Assembly (NCBI GenBank): GCA_009602735.1
Contig: WELA01002258.1
Location: 624,612 to 644,611, forward strand
DNA: 20,000 nt
From: Mesotaenium endlicherianum
Taxonomy: Eukaryota
Direction: 5' to 3'
This document shows, one piece after another, positions 1 through 10,600 of this stretch (its first letter is position 1; the number at the start of each line of letters is the position of its first letter). The notes beneath the pieces are model-generated. The model made no database searches and was not told the origin of the DNA. It saw nothing but the letters and a program-made list of their open reading frames with translations. Made by a program: the position numbers and the translations under genes.

Positions 1-95
1 GAGAGTAGGGTGAATATGACGCTGGCACATGTGCATGCCTGGTGCGTTGTAGGGGAGGGAGGAGACTGGAAGGGGCGGGGGAGTTTGAAAGGGCG

Positions 96-496
96 CTACA
101 AGACTGTCGGCATCCTCCATTGAAAGTAGGTGGCTGTACAGAGGAACACCGTACTGCCAGTGAGGTACCACCGCAGCCAGGGCGCGTGGTACGCCCAAAC
201 GAGGACAAATGCCGAGAGGAGAATGAAGCCAAGGATCGTCGCAATGCCACGTGTCAAGCTGAGCTCGTCCTGCACAGCCACCCCTGGGAACTGCCCCTCC
301 CGGTAGAACCCTGCCAGGAGCTCGTCCTTCTTCTGCCACTTGTCGTACAGCCACGCACTGATCTCCGCAGCATCCGAGGGCATGTCGGCCATGGCGTATC
401 GCTTCACGTGAATATGAACCTCCGACGGCTCCGTCCCCAGCAGAGCGCTGAGGAACTCCGGCGACGCCTTCTTGTAGCCTATGGTCAGATCGTACA
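96..496 (-). CDS. LPAT4/LPAT5: LPAT exon 5, terminal (VYDLTIGYK...WRMPTVL*)
   Basis: Pyrimidine tract followed by GCGCAG|TG acceptor; acyltransferase C-terminal domain and two hydrophobic helices; TAG stop. Confidence 0.93.
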
Positions 497-3400
497 CTGC
501 GCAGAAAATGGGGAAAACAAGGGGGGGGAAAAGAAAGAAGAGAAAAAAAACATAAGGGGCAGGAGGGACTTATTCCATGCAGAGAGAGCCCCGAGAAACT
601 CCAGCGAACGCCTTCTTGTAACCTACGGTCTAGATCACGGATACGGAAGTTTCCTGCCCACAAAATTTTGCAAGCAGGGAGAGTGTATCCTATGGTCAGA
701 TCGTAGATTGCACGTGAACCTTTCATAGGCAGGAAAGTGTACCGTACACTCCAATCATATATGCCGAATAAGAAGAAAATATTTAGGCAGGAGAGGTCAA
801 CCCCCAGCACAGCAATTGGGGGGAAGCCTTCTTGAGCCCTATGATCAGATTGTAAATTACACGCCAGAGTGCCAGGGGCAGAAAGACTCAATTTCCAGCA
901 GAGCCCTGAGGAGCTCCGGCAATGCCTTCGTGTATCCTGAAGGTTTATTTGTAAACTGCACACAAAAAGTCCAAGGGCGAGAAAGAGCAGTCCCCAGCAG
1001 AGCACTGAGGAGCTCCCCACAATGGCTCTCGTTAGTACCCTACGGTCAGAATCGTGGACTGCGCGCCACCTTGCCAGAGGCAGCCTGAGGCCGGAAGGTG
1101 GAGGGGGGGGTAGGATGAGTGGGTGCCCTGATGCTGAGTCATCACACTACTGCGTCTGCTACTTCTCCGTCCGTCAGTTCATTGGAGGCGGGAAGGCAGA
1201 GAAGGTAGAGAAGGTGGCAGGGTAAGGGCTTGCATCACTTCCTCCCTCTTCTCAATAACGGCATCTGCTACTATAATGACGAGCCGAATGGCCGGAGGCG
1301 GCCGAAGGCAGGAGGAGGGCAGAGAAGGTGGCAGGGTCAGAGGCTGCTTAAACCCTCCCCCAACACATGTTTGTGCGTCTTCTGCTACTATTACCACAAC
1401 AAGAGGTGTGAAGGCAGAAAGGCAGAGAAGGTGGCAGGGTAGGGGCTTGAGTCAGCACCTCTATCGTCATAGTACTTAATTATATCTGCCACTCTCACCA
1501 CGCTGCAAATTGCTAAACGCAAAGACAGGGAAGAAAGAAGGCGGTATATAAGAAAAGAGCTTACTTTGGTACCCCCTCCTCCACTATCTTTTGCTTCTTC
1601 AGCTACTTTAACTACGTCAAAGGGCACGGGGCAGGAGGGCAGAACAGGCAACGGGGTATCAATTTGGTCGAGTACCCCTCCCCCGTGACAGCATACTGCT
1701 TCCTCTGCAACTTCTCTTGCGTAGGAAGTGCCAGAGGCAGGAGGGCAGAGAGGGCGGCAGACAAAAGCCCTGCTCTAGTGCCTCCTTTACTTAGGGATCG
1801 CAAAATCTGCAAAGCTGAAACTCTGCCTTCAGTTCTCAGTAGTAGGCAGACCTTTTTAAGATGTGTTCAGACTCCCCAACACCACATCCCCGTTCGCACT
1901 AAAGAAACTCTGGCATGAATCGCGGAGGAGGCAGCCGGGAGGGCGTGTTCCCACTCAGCCTCCTCCTGCGCCCTCTCCTCCCCATGCTGCCTGCTCTCCT
2001 GGCGCTCTGCTCACTTGCTGCTCGACTCACTTGGGCCTATGCTCTGCTTACTTGGTGGGGTGCTTGTTCACTTGGAGGTCTGCTTACTTGGCGGGAGGTG
2101 CTTACTCAATGCTCTGCTTACTTAGTGCTCTGCTCAAGTGGAGGTCTACTCACTTGACGCTCTGTGCAACTGCTGCTCTGCTCACTTGAGGGTCTGCCTA
2201 CCAGGCAAAAGGGCCTGCTCGATACTGGGGGTTGAAGTGTTAGGGGCCTTACCGGCGTCGATGGAGGGGGAGAGCACGTCGAGCGTGGCGGCGAAGCCCC
2301 GGTGGCGCGGGAGCAGCACGTTCTGCAGCTCGGGCAGCCCGTTGTCGCGCGCAAACGCCACGCTTTTCTGCCGCTTCTTCTCGCTGCCCACACACGACGG
2401 CGGCTCACTCGGCTCGGTCGGGTGCGCGATGGAGGGGCAGGCTGACGCCGACGCCCGCCGAGCGTCGATCGTAGAGTGGAGGGCTCACAGGATGTGCTCG
2501 CGGAAGAAGACGGCGTGGTGGAAAGGGTAATGGGCTGCTTACATGATGTGCTTATCATGCAAGGCAATGCCGAAAGAGGAACAAAGGGAGGAGGACTTTG
2601 ATGTTCCCACCCCACTCCCAGACGTGTCACCACTTTGCGCTGTGCTCGGTACTCAGTCACAAACATCTGAGCCTGAAGGGAACACTCTTCTCCTTCTCCT
2701 CCCTCTCCTTGCCCTTCTCTCGCACGGGGAGGTGGAATCGAACGAGACAGGCAGGGGCGCGTCGGCATGTGCCCGTACAGCTGGCAGACGAGAAAGTGAA
2801 TACTTCTATGAAATAATCAATGATGAGATATAGACAAAGCCTCCCTCCCACTAACCCCACATTTAACAGACAACCTTCAGATGAACACCAGATGAACCAC
2901 CTGAGGCGCCAACTAAGCACCCTCCAAAGGTACAACCTGTCCCAGGTGCCAACTGACTCTAGTCAACAGGAACGCCAGTCGAGGTGCCAGCTGACTGCCG
3001 TTGCCGCCGAGTAGGGGCCTTCCCACTGCAAGTCCCGACTGACTACAGTCAACAGGGTCGGCCTCTTTGGGGTGTTCCGCTGAACACAGTCAGGGGGAAA
3101 GCCCTAATCGAGGTGCCAGCTGGATACCTAGTTGAGATGGCAGCTAGATACCTAGTCGAGGTGCCAGCTGAATACCCCATGGAGGTCTCAGCCGGATACA
3201 CTCCACAGGGACAACCTCAATCCAATCGAGGTGGGGGAGGAAGGGAACAGGTCGGGACGCTGGAGCCCACCACACTTGGTTCTTCTTAACGACCGTAAGA
3301 AGACGAGAAATTGTGACAAGAGTGAGTGCGTCAGAGCCTGCCCCACAGGAGTTGATCCTCAATGCCTGGGACGAATTGGAAACAATCACTCGACGAAAAG

Positions 3401-6043
3401 CGAGCATTTTTTGCTCTTTCTACAGATACACATCCTCGCTGTCTTCACAACTAGGAGAGGGAAAGGGAGGGACAGAGAGGGAGGGGAGGGGGGGAGGGGG
3501 AGAGGAGAGAGAGAGGGAGAGAGAGGGAGAGCTCCGCTGACCTGTAGTCGGTGCCTTCGGGGAAGATGACGAACCAGAGGGGGTCCCGCCTGTCCAGGAA
3601 GGTGCTGAGAAGGTTCCGGATATTGGCTTCGTCCTTCTCCCACTTGCGGTCCAGGAAGAGAAACTCGAGCACGTGAAAGGCCCAGCCAAAGAGGGGGTAG
3701 TTCCGCACGCTGCTCTTCAGCGCGTACTTCACATACCCCAAGCGACCCTGCCAGCCAAACAGCATGCACATGGGACGCATGCTGGGTCAGATGGAGGCTT
3801 ACAAAGTGCATGATAACAGCTGACGGAGCGCATGACAAGGGCTCATGGAGTGCCCGACGAAGGCTGACAGAGCGCGTGACGAAGGCTGACAGAGCGCATG
3901 GCGAAGGCTGATAGAGCACACCACAAAGGCCGCCAGAGCGCATGACGTAGGCTGACAGAGCGCATGGCAGAAGAGCACGCGACAGAGGCTCATGGTTGCA
4001 TGATGAAGGCTTATGGCCAGAGCAGAGGGCCTGCTCTACCCGAAGCTGATACTCTGAAAGAAGAAGCATCTGCTACTTCTGTTTTGGGCCCTCACCATTT
4101 GGCTTGAAAAATGCCCTCTGATCGACAGCACACGTGGCACATGTGGCAGGGCGGACTACACAGAAGACGAGCTGAGGTCTCCTCTCTCACAAACTGAAAT
4201 ATATGCTGAATGTCCCCTCATGCACTTGTTAAGAGACTTCACAAGAATTTGCCTCCAGGAGAGCGGGGGGACTAACCCTGACTCTGTCCCAACTGAAAAT
4301 CTGGTCTTCAGGTCATTGCAAGATACCAACTCTGACTCTGTCCCGATTGGAGTGTGGTCAACATGTCATTGTAAGGGACCATCCCTGCCTGACCCCTGTC
4401 CTGATCTGGTCAGCAGATCGTTGTGAAAGACCGGCCCAAAGCAAGTCCTGATTAAAATGTTTGGTCAATAGTTCACTCATATGACAAGCCAGAGTGTCCA
4501 GCTGTCTCATTTTTGCCACTGCTAAAAGCCATTGCTACCACTGACATACCGACGGCGTGGTCCATCAAGATCACCACTCACGCTGCTACGCTTGACCCCA
4601 ATAAAGTATTATAATTAACTGAATTGATATATCTAACAATATACTGATTTAGTACAATCTCTCCAACTTAAATTCATGTCCAGAACAAGACTCACAAGAA
4701 ACCTTCTCTCACTCATGCAACCCGGGGATCAATGGTCAGCCCGTAGTCAAGCATGCGAGTTTTGCTGCTGTCCAGTGAGCAAACTAAGCCCTAGAAGACC
4801 CAAGGTACACTTACGCCTACGTGCCACTCCTAGGAAGTCCTTCAGAATGCCCTAGTAACCTAAACGACCAGTCTTCTCAATCACACAGACTTAGAGGTAC
4901 TCGTGAATGACAGCTTGCGGCCCTGAAGGCTGGTTGCTGGTTGGAATCAGCACGAGCTAGATGGCAGGGACTTGCAACACCAGAGAATCACACTTGTGCA
5001 AGAATATAATACCTTTCTTATGGCGAGATTCCAGATGTACATCCAGTCGAGCTCGGTGCGATGATTGCAAATGATCACCACCCTCTCCTTGGAGGGAATC
5101 TCGTCCCCAGCAAAGGAAACCTTTGCACCGATGATCTGGTGATAAAGGAGGACAGACACAAAGCACTTCTTGAGCACCAGATCAATCTACGGACAGAATA
5201 TTTTTGAAAGTAATAGGGACATAAGATACAGCAGGCTTGCCCACCCAGAGCTGATAGGCACGTCGTTCAAAGGATGCCCCATTGTTGAAGTGTTTACGCA
5301 GATCAAGGACCAAGAGTAATGTGAAAGGTCCATGACCAGCCCCAATATACAACAGTGTTTATGAACGTATGCATAAGCACTACTTGCACGTTTCGGCGGT
5401 AAAATGTCACATCTTTCACTCACAGTTGAGCTTCACAGAGAAGAACTTTCTGGATAAGTACGTGGTCATGTCGGCATGCTTGTAGATTAGAGCCGTAGGA
5501 GACTCCCCAACTTTGGCGTCGAGGAATATTATCAGCCGAACAGGTCTTACTTTAAGAAAGTAAACAGGACTAAGGGCCTCCCTACGTCACATAACCAGAG
5601 ATAGATTGAAAACTTAGAAGGTTTCGATGACAAACCTTTTCAAAGTTGAAGGTCGGCATAGACAACCAAAGATTAAAGGCACCACCGGCTAGTTTCCGAC
5701 CAAGGTGCCGATTGACTCCTCTGATGACATGTTCAAAGGGTGCGAGGATCGCCAGCCAGATGAGACCAGTCACGAAGAGAACCGAAACTACCACCACCCC
5801 TCGTAACACTTGAAGAACAGTAATTGGTTCACATTGGCATGCTACCTCTCGCTCATTATCTGCTTTATTTTCACTTTCCAATAGTTTGTCAGAAGCAGAT
5901 GCCGTCAAAGATCTGTTTTCTTGCGAGTTACTAGCATTACTCGTTCCTACCTCCGAAGTGCTTGCCGTATCAGAAATTAGACTCTGGCCGTCCATAGAGA
6001 CAGAGGGTAACACGTTCACAGTCTGCAAAGAACTTTCCCCCAT
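96..6043 (-). CDS. LPAT4/LPAT5: 1-acyl-sn-glycerol-3-phosphate acyltransferase, plant LPAT4/LPAT5 (LCLAT1-like) clade; 5 coding exons: join(6043-5636, 5135-5013, 3747-3542, 2383-2253, 496-96), 1269 nt, about 422 aa
   Basis: The spliced product has the PlsC catalytic motif NHRTELD (NHx4D), KYALKSS..YPLFGW, FLFLDRKW, FPEGTD, NVLLPR and the C-terminal YDLTIGY...EVHIHVKR...KKDELL acyltransferase C-domain. All junctions are GT-AG with consistent phases (0,0,2,1) and the frame ends at TAG 98-96. Confidence 0.93.
590..1066 (-). repeat. About 5 degenerate tandem copies (period about 95-100 bp) of the LPAT intron 4/exon 5 junction
   Basis: Copies near 597-640, 689-713, 801-862, 894-963 and 991-1064 resemble 437-500 (ccagcagagcgctgaggaactccggcgacgccttcttgtagcctatggtcagatcgtacactgc). 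Confidence 0.85.
1130..1460. repeat. Degenerate tandem repeat, 3 units of about 110-125 bp
   Basis: Recurring tctgctact ... agagaaggtggcagggt near 1156/1208, 1265/1321 and 1381/1424. Confidence 0.8.
2003..2190. repeat. Minisatellite of (gctc)tgctYacttg units
   Basis: About 10 degenerate copies of tgctcacttg/tgcttacttg. Confidence 0.8.
2253..2383 (-). CDS. LPAT4/LPAT5: LPAT exon 4 (SEKKRQKSVAFARDNGLPELQNVLLPRHRGF...SIDA)
   Basis: Acceptor GGCAG|C, donor G|GTAAGG; 131 nt; contains the NVLLPR motif. Confidence 0.92.
2941..3200. repeat. Degenerate repeat cluster (gtcgaggtgccagctg/ataccta, local period about 24 bp)
   Basis: gaggtgccagctg at about 2981, 3110 and 3158; agtcaacagg occurs twice. 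Confidence 0.7.
3542..3747 (-). CDS. LPAT4/LPAT5: LPAT exon 3 (GRLGYVKYALKSS...FPEGTDY)
   Basis: Acceptor GGCAG|GGT, donor AG|GTCAGC; 206 nt; contains the FPEGT motif. Confidence 0.93.
3818..3995. repeat. Minisatellite, about 22 bp unit (ctgacagagcgcatgacgaagg)
   Basis: About 7 degenerate tandem copies. Confidence 0.85.
4277..4410. repeat. Three spaced copies of ctgactctgtccc(a/g)a.tg
   Basis: Copies near 4278, 4332 and 4388, about 55 bp apart. Confidence 0.6.
5013..5135 (-). CDS. LPAT4/LPAT5: LPAT exon 2 (IIGAKVSFAGD...CNHRTELDWMYIWNLAIRK)
   Basis: Acceptor CAG|ATC, donor AAG|GTATTA; 123 nt; contains the NHx4D motif. Confidence 0.93.
5636..6043 (-). CDS. LPAT4/LPAT5: LPAT exon 1 (Ser-rich N-terminus plus first hydrophobic segment, ends ...FNFEK)
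   Basis: ATG at 6043 has an in-frame TGA shortly upstream. The exon encodes the hydrophobic stretch LRGVVVVSVLFVTGLIWLAILAP. Donor AAG|GTTTGT at 5636/5635. A possible acceptor (CTGTAG) just upstream could indicate a further 5' exon. Confidence 0.82.
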
Positions 6044-7543
6044 ATCATCTACAGGATGTCACGAATATTCAGGCTTTCCAAAACACCACTCTACATCCAC
6101 TACCTAACGCCATCATTGCCGCCTTCAGAAAAGAGTCGACAATTGTCATCAATCATGTAACCAGGTGCATACGAGCAGAATGTAAGCAGCCCAGTGAGAC
6201 GCCAGCATTTAGTAAGGGATATTTCAGGCTATATAAGGACGTCGCACAGCTTCTATCATAACCAGGAAGCTCGCCTGCTAACAAGTCTTCATGTATACAT
6301 GGTGCTTTCTATATTTTGCTGACGGCTAAATTTCGCATAAGGAACTGCATGCCAACTTCTGGACTATAGTATACTTTTCACTTGGCTGCTCTAGGACAGC
6401 ATAGGATATTCCGCCACATGCCACATGCAGGGCGGCTAGGGCTCGAGTGACCTTGAGTGGAGCACAGAAGGGGATGAGAGGCGTAAGATCACGTCACACG
6501 GTCGGGTCAAACTTTGATTGCTCTTCTTTGGCTCCCGTCAGCTCCCGTTCATACATAGATCACCATCTATTGATTAATCGACATCTATCAGCATATATTG
6601 CTTTATGTCATTAACATCAGTTTCCGAAATCCACTATTGGACATCGCTCGAAGTGTATGGTTGACGACCAGAAGGCTACACCATGGCTACACCAATTAAA
6701 CAAGGCTTCCAATAGCACCGACAATTTGGTCGTACAGGCCTTCTAACGTCAACAATTGTCACATTGTCCACTTTCCTGCTGTAAGATTGGATATTGGCAT
6801 ACTTGCCTACGCTCGTGTAAGCCTTCGTTCTCCTTGAACATCCTTTCATGCACTTCTATCCCATCTTTGACTTTCGTCCAGTTGCATGCATAAAGCAACA
6901 TAGAGCCATAGCTGCCTTTAATCTTAATTGCAAATGGTTTAGATGCTCTTTGTGTCGAACTGAAGTGATGATAAGCACACATTTGCAGAGAATGTGCATG
7001 CCAAACATGTTCAAGCGATTATCTCGTTGGCGATGAGGTAGGTTTGCCTCGAGATACACATGAATCAAAGTCGTTCTAAAGAGTGAGGGTGAAGTCTTAA
7101 TGCAGACGCAGGCTTGAGACGTCATGGTCAGTAATCTGGCGTTAATTAGGCTGACGAAGGGATATGCAACTGAAGCACTTTAACAAATAGCTCGTCTTCA
7201 GAACAGTACATGAATACCATTGGCTTACTGAAGCTCATAGGAATTTCGCCGACACTTTAGAATGAGTCGTCAAAGTACCATGTTAAGAAATATAAAATTT
7301 ATTTCAATAAGTTGTGCCTGAGAGCTCATTATACAGTTGATGTCATCGTAGGTGGAATTTTTGGGGAATGAACGCACCCATTATTTCTAGCGCTCAACCA
7401 ATACAGGTTCTCAAAGGCGTCCCTTAAACCTGTTAAACAGAGACCATAAGTTGCTATCATACTGCACTGCCAAACACATCTACTACGACATCTGCTCGAT
7501 ATCGGGCACCCCGCAGAGTCAAACTGCTCCTTATATCGCATTT

Positions 7544-7696
7544 ATGAAGCTGAGAAGCGGCTCCACATACAGTAGAGAGGCCACCAATGGAGAGGCCAGC
7601 ACATCTCAGCCGTCCGAGTCCAAAACTGACGGCCCGAAGCAGTTTGACTGCGTGGCTGATGCATCCGACCACAAGTTTTGCGGGCAGACAGCTCAG
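7544..7696 (+). CDS. UBC-A exon 1 (MKLRSG...[20 protein letters not shown])
   Basis: QFD-x5-SDH motif that precedes the UBC fold in this class; donor CAG|GTGCAT. A possible acceptor CCGCAG at 7516 may mean the exon starts at 7517 with an upstream exon. Confidence 0.75.
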
Positions 7697-10600
7697 GTGC
7701 ATGCATCATGCGGCTGACAAGTTTCTCTGTCGGGCTCTTTCAAGTCTCCCAATGCTTTCCCCAGCTTAAGTTCCCTAGCAGTGCAGCAGCAGAGCTCTGA
7801 CTCCGGACTCGACCATGCTCTCTGCTGTAGAGGATGCCACAGTTGAGCGATACTTTAGTTCGATGAAGATATATCAAATGGTTATCGCTCACGGGTATTT
7901 CACGAATGTGACTCGGGGTTGGATGTCATATCTGACCAATGTGTCCCTGCTTGACGATTTTATGCTAATGTACCTCTGACTACTCTATACCTTTCATTCA
8001 CGTATCCCTGATGAATGTGCTTCTGACTTTTGAGTATATATTTTATTGGACTAATCAATCCCTGACTAATGTACTTCTGACTGATATTATCTCGGACTGG
8101 CATATATCTCTGACTAGTGTACCTCTCACTAACACAGCTTTGAGTGATGTATCTCTAAGGAGCATTACTTCAATCATTGCTGAACTTTAGCTGACCCAGG
8201 AACGCCGTGCACCCCTGGTGCACCAACGCCTGCTGTGCCTTAACCTCACACTTCAACACTGTCGGAATGGACAAAATGGGGGAAAAGGGTCGGGGAAGGC
8301 GAAGGAGGACAGGGGGACGGGGAGGAAAGGGGGGGAACGGGGAGGGGGGAGATTTGCTGGGGAGGAGGAGAGGGGCCAGTGGTGGTTGCGTGAAGGAAAG
8401 AAGAGGCGGCTATGTCCCCATTCGGATGCATGGCTGCCTTGATGCTGCGTCAAATATGCAGTGGTGTCGCGTTCCACGCCGAGGTGGCGCCCCGGCTGAG
8501 GTGGCGCTGTGGCTGAGGTGGCGCCGTGTGCAGGCGACAGATAAGAAGACGTGGACCAAAAGCGTGCAGAGGGAATGGGAGATCCTCGAGACGAATCTCC
8601 CTGGTGCACTCCCCACCTTCCCTTTCCTCCCCATGAAATCAGACCACAGAATTTCTCTAAATGTCATTATAGCTTAAGAATGCCCCCTGGGGTGACACGT
8701 GTGTCTTGGCACTGCTGACACGTGCACGTCTGCGTGTCCATGTGTCTGCAGTCTAAGTGCGCGCGCGCGCACTAAGCGCACACCGAGCACCTGAGCCGAG
8801 GAGCTCGGAGGCCGCACAGTGGGCTGACACGTGTCCGTCTCTTGGCATGATTTTGGGTGCTCTGGGGCACGTGGCGTGTGCGAGGGGGCGTTGGGGATGT
8901 GCGCTCGCGCGCGCGCAGACACGATATACGTGCGCGTGTACGAGGAGCGCATGGACCTCATGCGCGCGCTCATCGTGGGCCCCGCCGACACGCCCTACCA
9001 GGACGGCCTCTTCGTCTTCGACATCTGGCTGCCGCCCCACTACCCCGCCAGCCCGCCGGTACGCGCGGGCGCGTGCATCTCTCTGCCCCCCCCTTCCTTT
9101 CTCTCCCCTCCCTCGTCCTCCTTCCCCCCTGCTTTCTGCCCTCCCTTTCCCTTTCCCCCACTCTCGTCACCTCCCCTCCCCTCGCCTTCCCCCTCCTCCT
9201 CTGTTCCCCCATCTCTGTCTGCTCAGCGGCACACCGAGGGTGGCTTCACAGACTTCTCCCCACATGGCCCCTCAAACAACTCGCTAGACATTTTGCAACG
9301 GTGCTCCACGTGGCTCCCCTTGTGGCTCACTAGATGGCTTCCTCAACGGCTCTGCTTCCCTCCCCCCTCCCCTCCTTACCACTATCTGCTCAGCTGCACG
9401 GATGGCTCCCCAGATGGCTCCCCAGATGCTTCCACCCCCCCCCCCCCTCCCTTCCTTAGGATGCTCATTAGGGAAGCTGGCAGGCGGGATGCGATTGTTG
9501 CTTCTGCTACTGCTGCTGCTATTGCTGCTGCTGCTGGTGGTGGTGGTGGTGTCTGTTACTGCTGCTGCTGTTGCCACCGATGGTGCCGGTGGTGGTGCTA
9601 GTGCTGGTGCTGGTGCTGGTGCTGCAGCAGCATCTGCCTTGTCAGCACGTCCACGTGGGCACGGCCTGCTCCAGGGGCGCGCTAGCATTGCGCCACTTGG
9701 CATATCCCGCAAAGGAGGCTGCCCGTCCGGGGTCTAGTGGCTCCTCCTCCGCGTGCATTCCTGTGTGCATGCGTGCGTGCGTGCGTGCGTGTGTGGCGTG
9801 CGCACATGCGTGCATGCTTGTGTGGTGTGCGTGCGTGCGTGCGTGTGTCTGCAATTACGCGTGTGTTTTTTGTGAAATTCTGCGCAGGCCAAGGCACTAC
9901 CCCTCGGGGGGGAGGAGGAGGGGGGCATCATGCATGCGTGGTGCGCATGCATTCATGCGTGTGTCTGTTTGTTTGGAACTCGGTGCAGGTCGTGCACTAC
10001 CACTCGGGGGGGGAGCGAATCAACCCCAACCTGTACGACTGCGGCAAGGTGTGCCTGAGTCTGCTCAACACGTGGGCGGGCACTGGGACCGAGAACTGGT
10101 CTCCCTCCTCCACCATCCTCCAGGTTAGGGTCTCCCTCTCTCCCTTCCCCCCTTCCTTCCTCCCTTCCTTCCTCCCTTCCCTCCTCCCTTCCTCCCTTCC
10201 TTTCTCCCTTCCTCCCTTTCACACGCACGCACGCACGCACACACACACACGCACGCACGCATATACGCCCAACACGCACACGCACGTGCCCGCACGCACG
10301 CATATACACCCAACACACACATGCACGTGCCCGCACACACGCACTCTATGTCCCTCCCACGCACACATACAGACACACGGACACACACACACACACACAC
10401 ACAGATACACACACGCGTGCGCGGGCACGCGCAGGTAGGCAGTGGGATTGATACTTCACTAGTGGCTTTCATCACAAAGATAATGAGCATGTTTGGAAAT
10501 GGACGGAACTCAGAGGGCGTGTGACTCCACTTCTCCTCCTGGGGGCCCCCTGATGGTGCAGGTCCTGATGGACCCTACCCTGGCACCGCGTGCGTGGCGC

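Noticed and set aside
42..728. 228-aa plus-strand ORF
   Set aside because: It is the antisense shadow of GC3-rich LPAT exon 5 and has no recognisable motif.
3818..3995. CRISPR-like appearance of short repeats here and at 2003-2190, 2941-3200 and 14407-14560
   Set aside because: These are degenerate tandem units without unique constant-length spacers, there are no cas genes, and the context is eukaryotic intronic or intergenic DNA.
6749..7125. Minus-strand ORF fragments faintly resembling PPR motifs (SYGSMLLYAC...DGIEVHERMF; TTLIHVY)
   Set aside because: They are short, in different frames and show no 35-aa periodicity. An HMM search would be needed, so the call is not supportable by eye.
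7000..7543. miR399-type target sites expected in an angiosperm PHO2 5' UTR
   Set aside because: No matching repeated complementary site was seen upstream of UBC-A.
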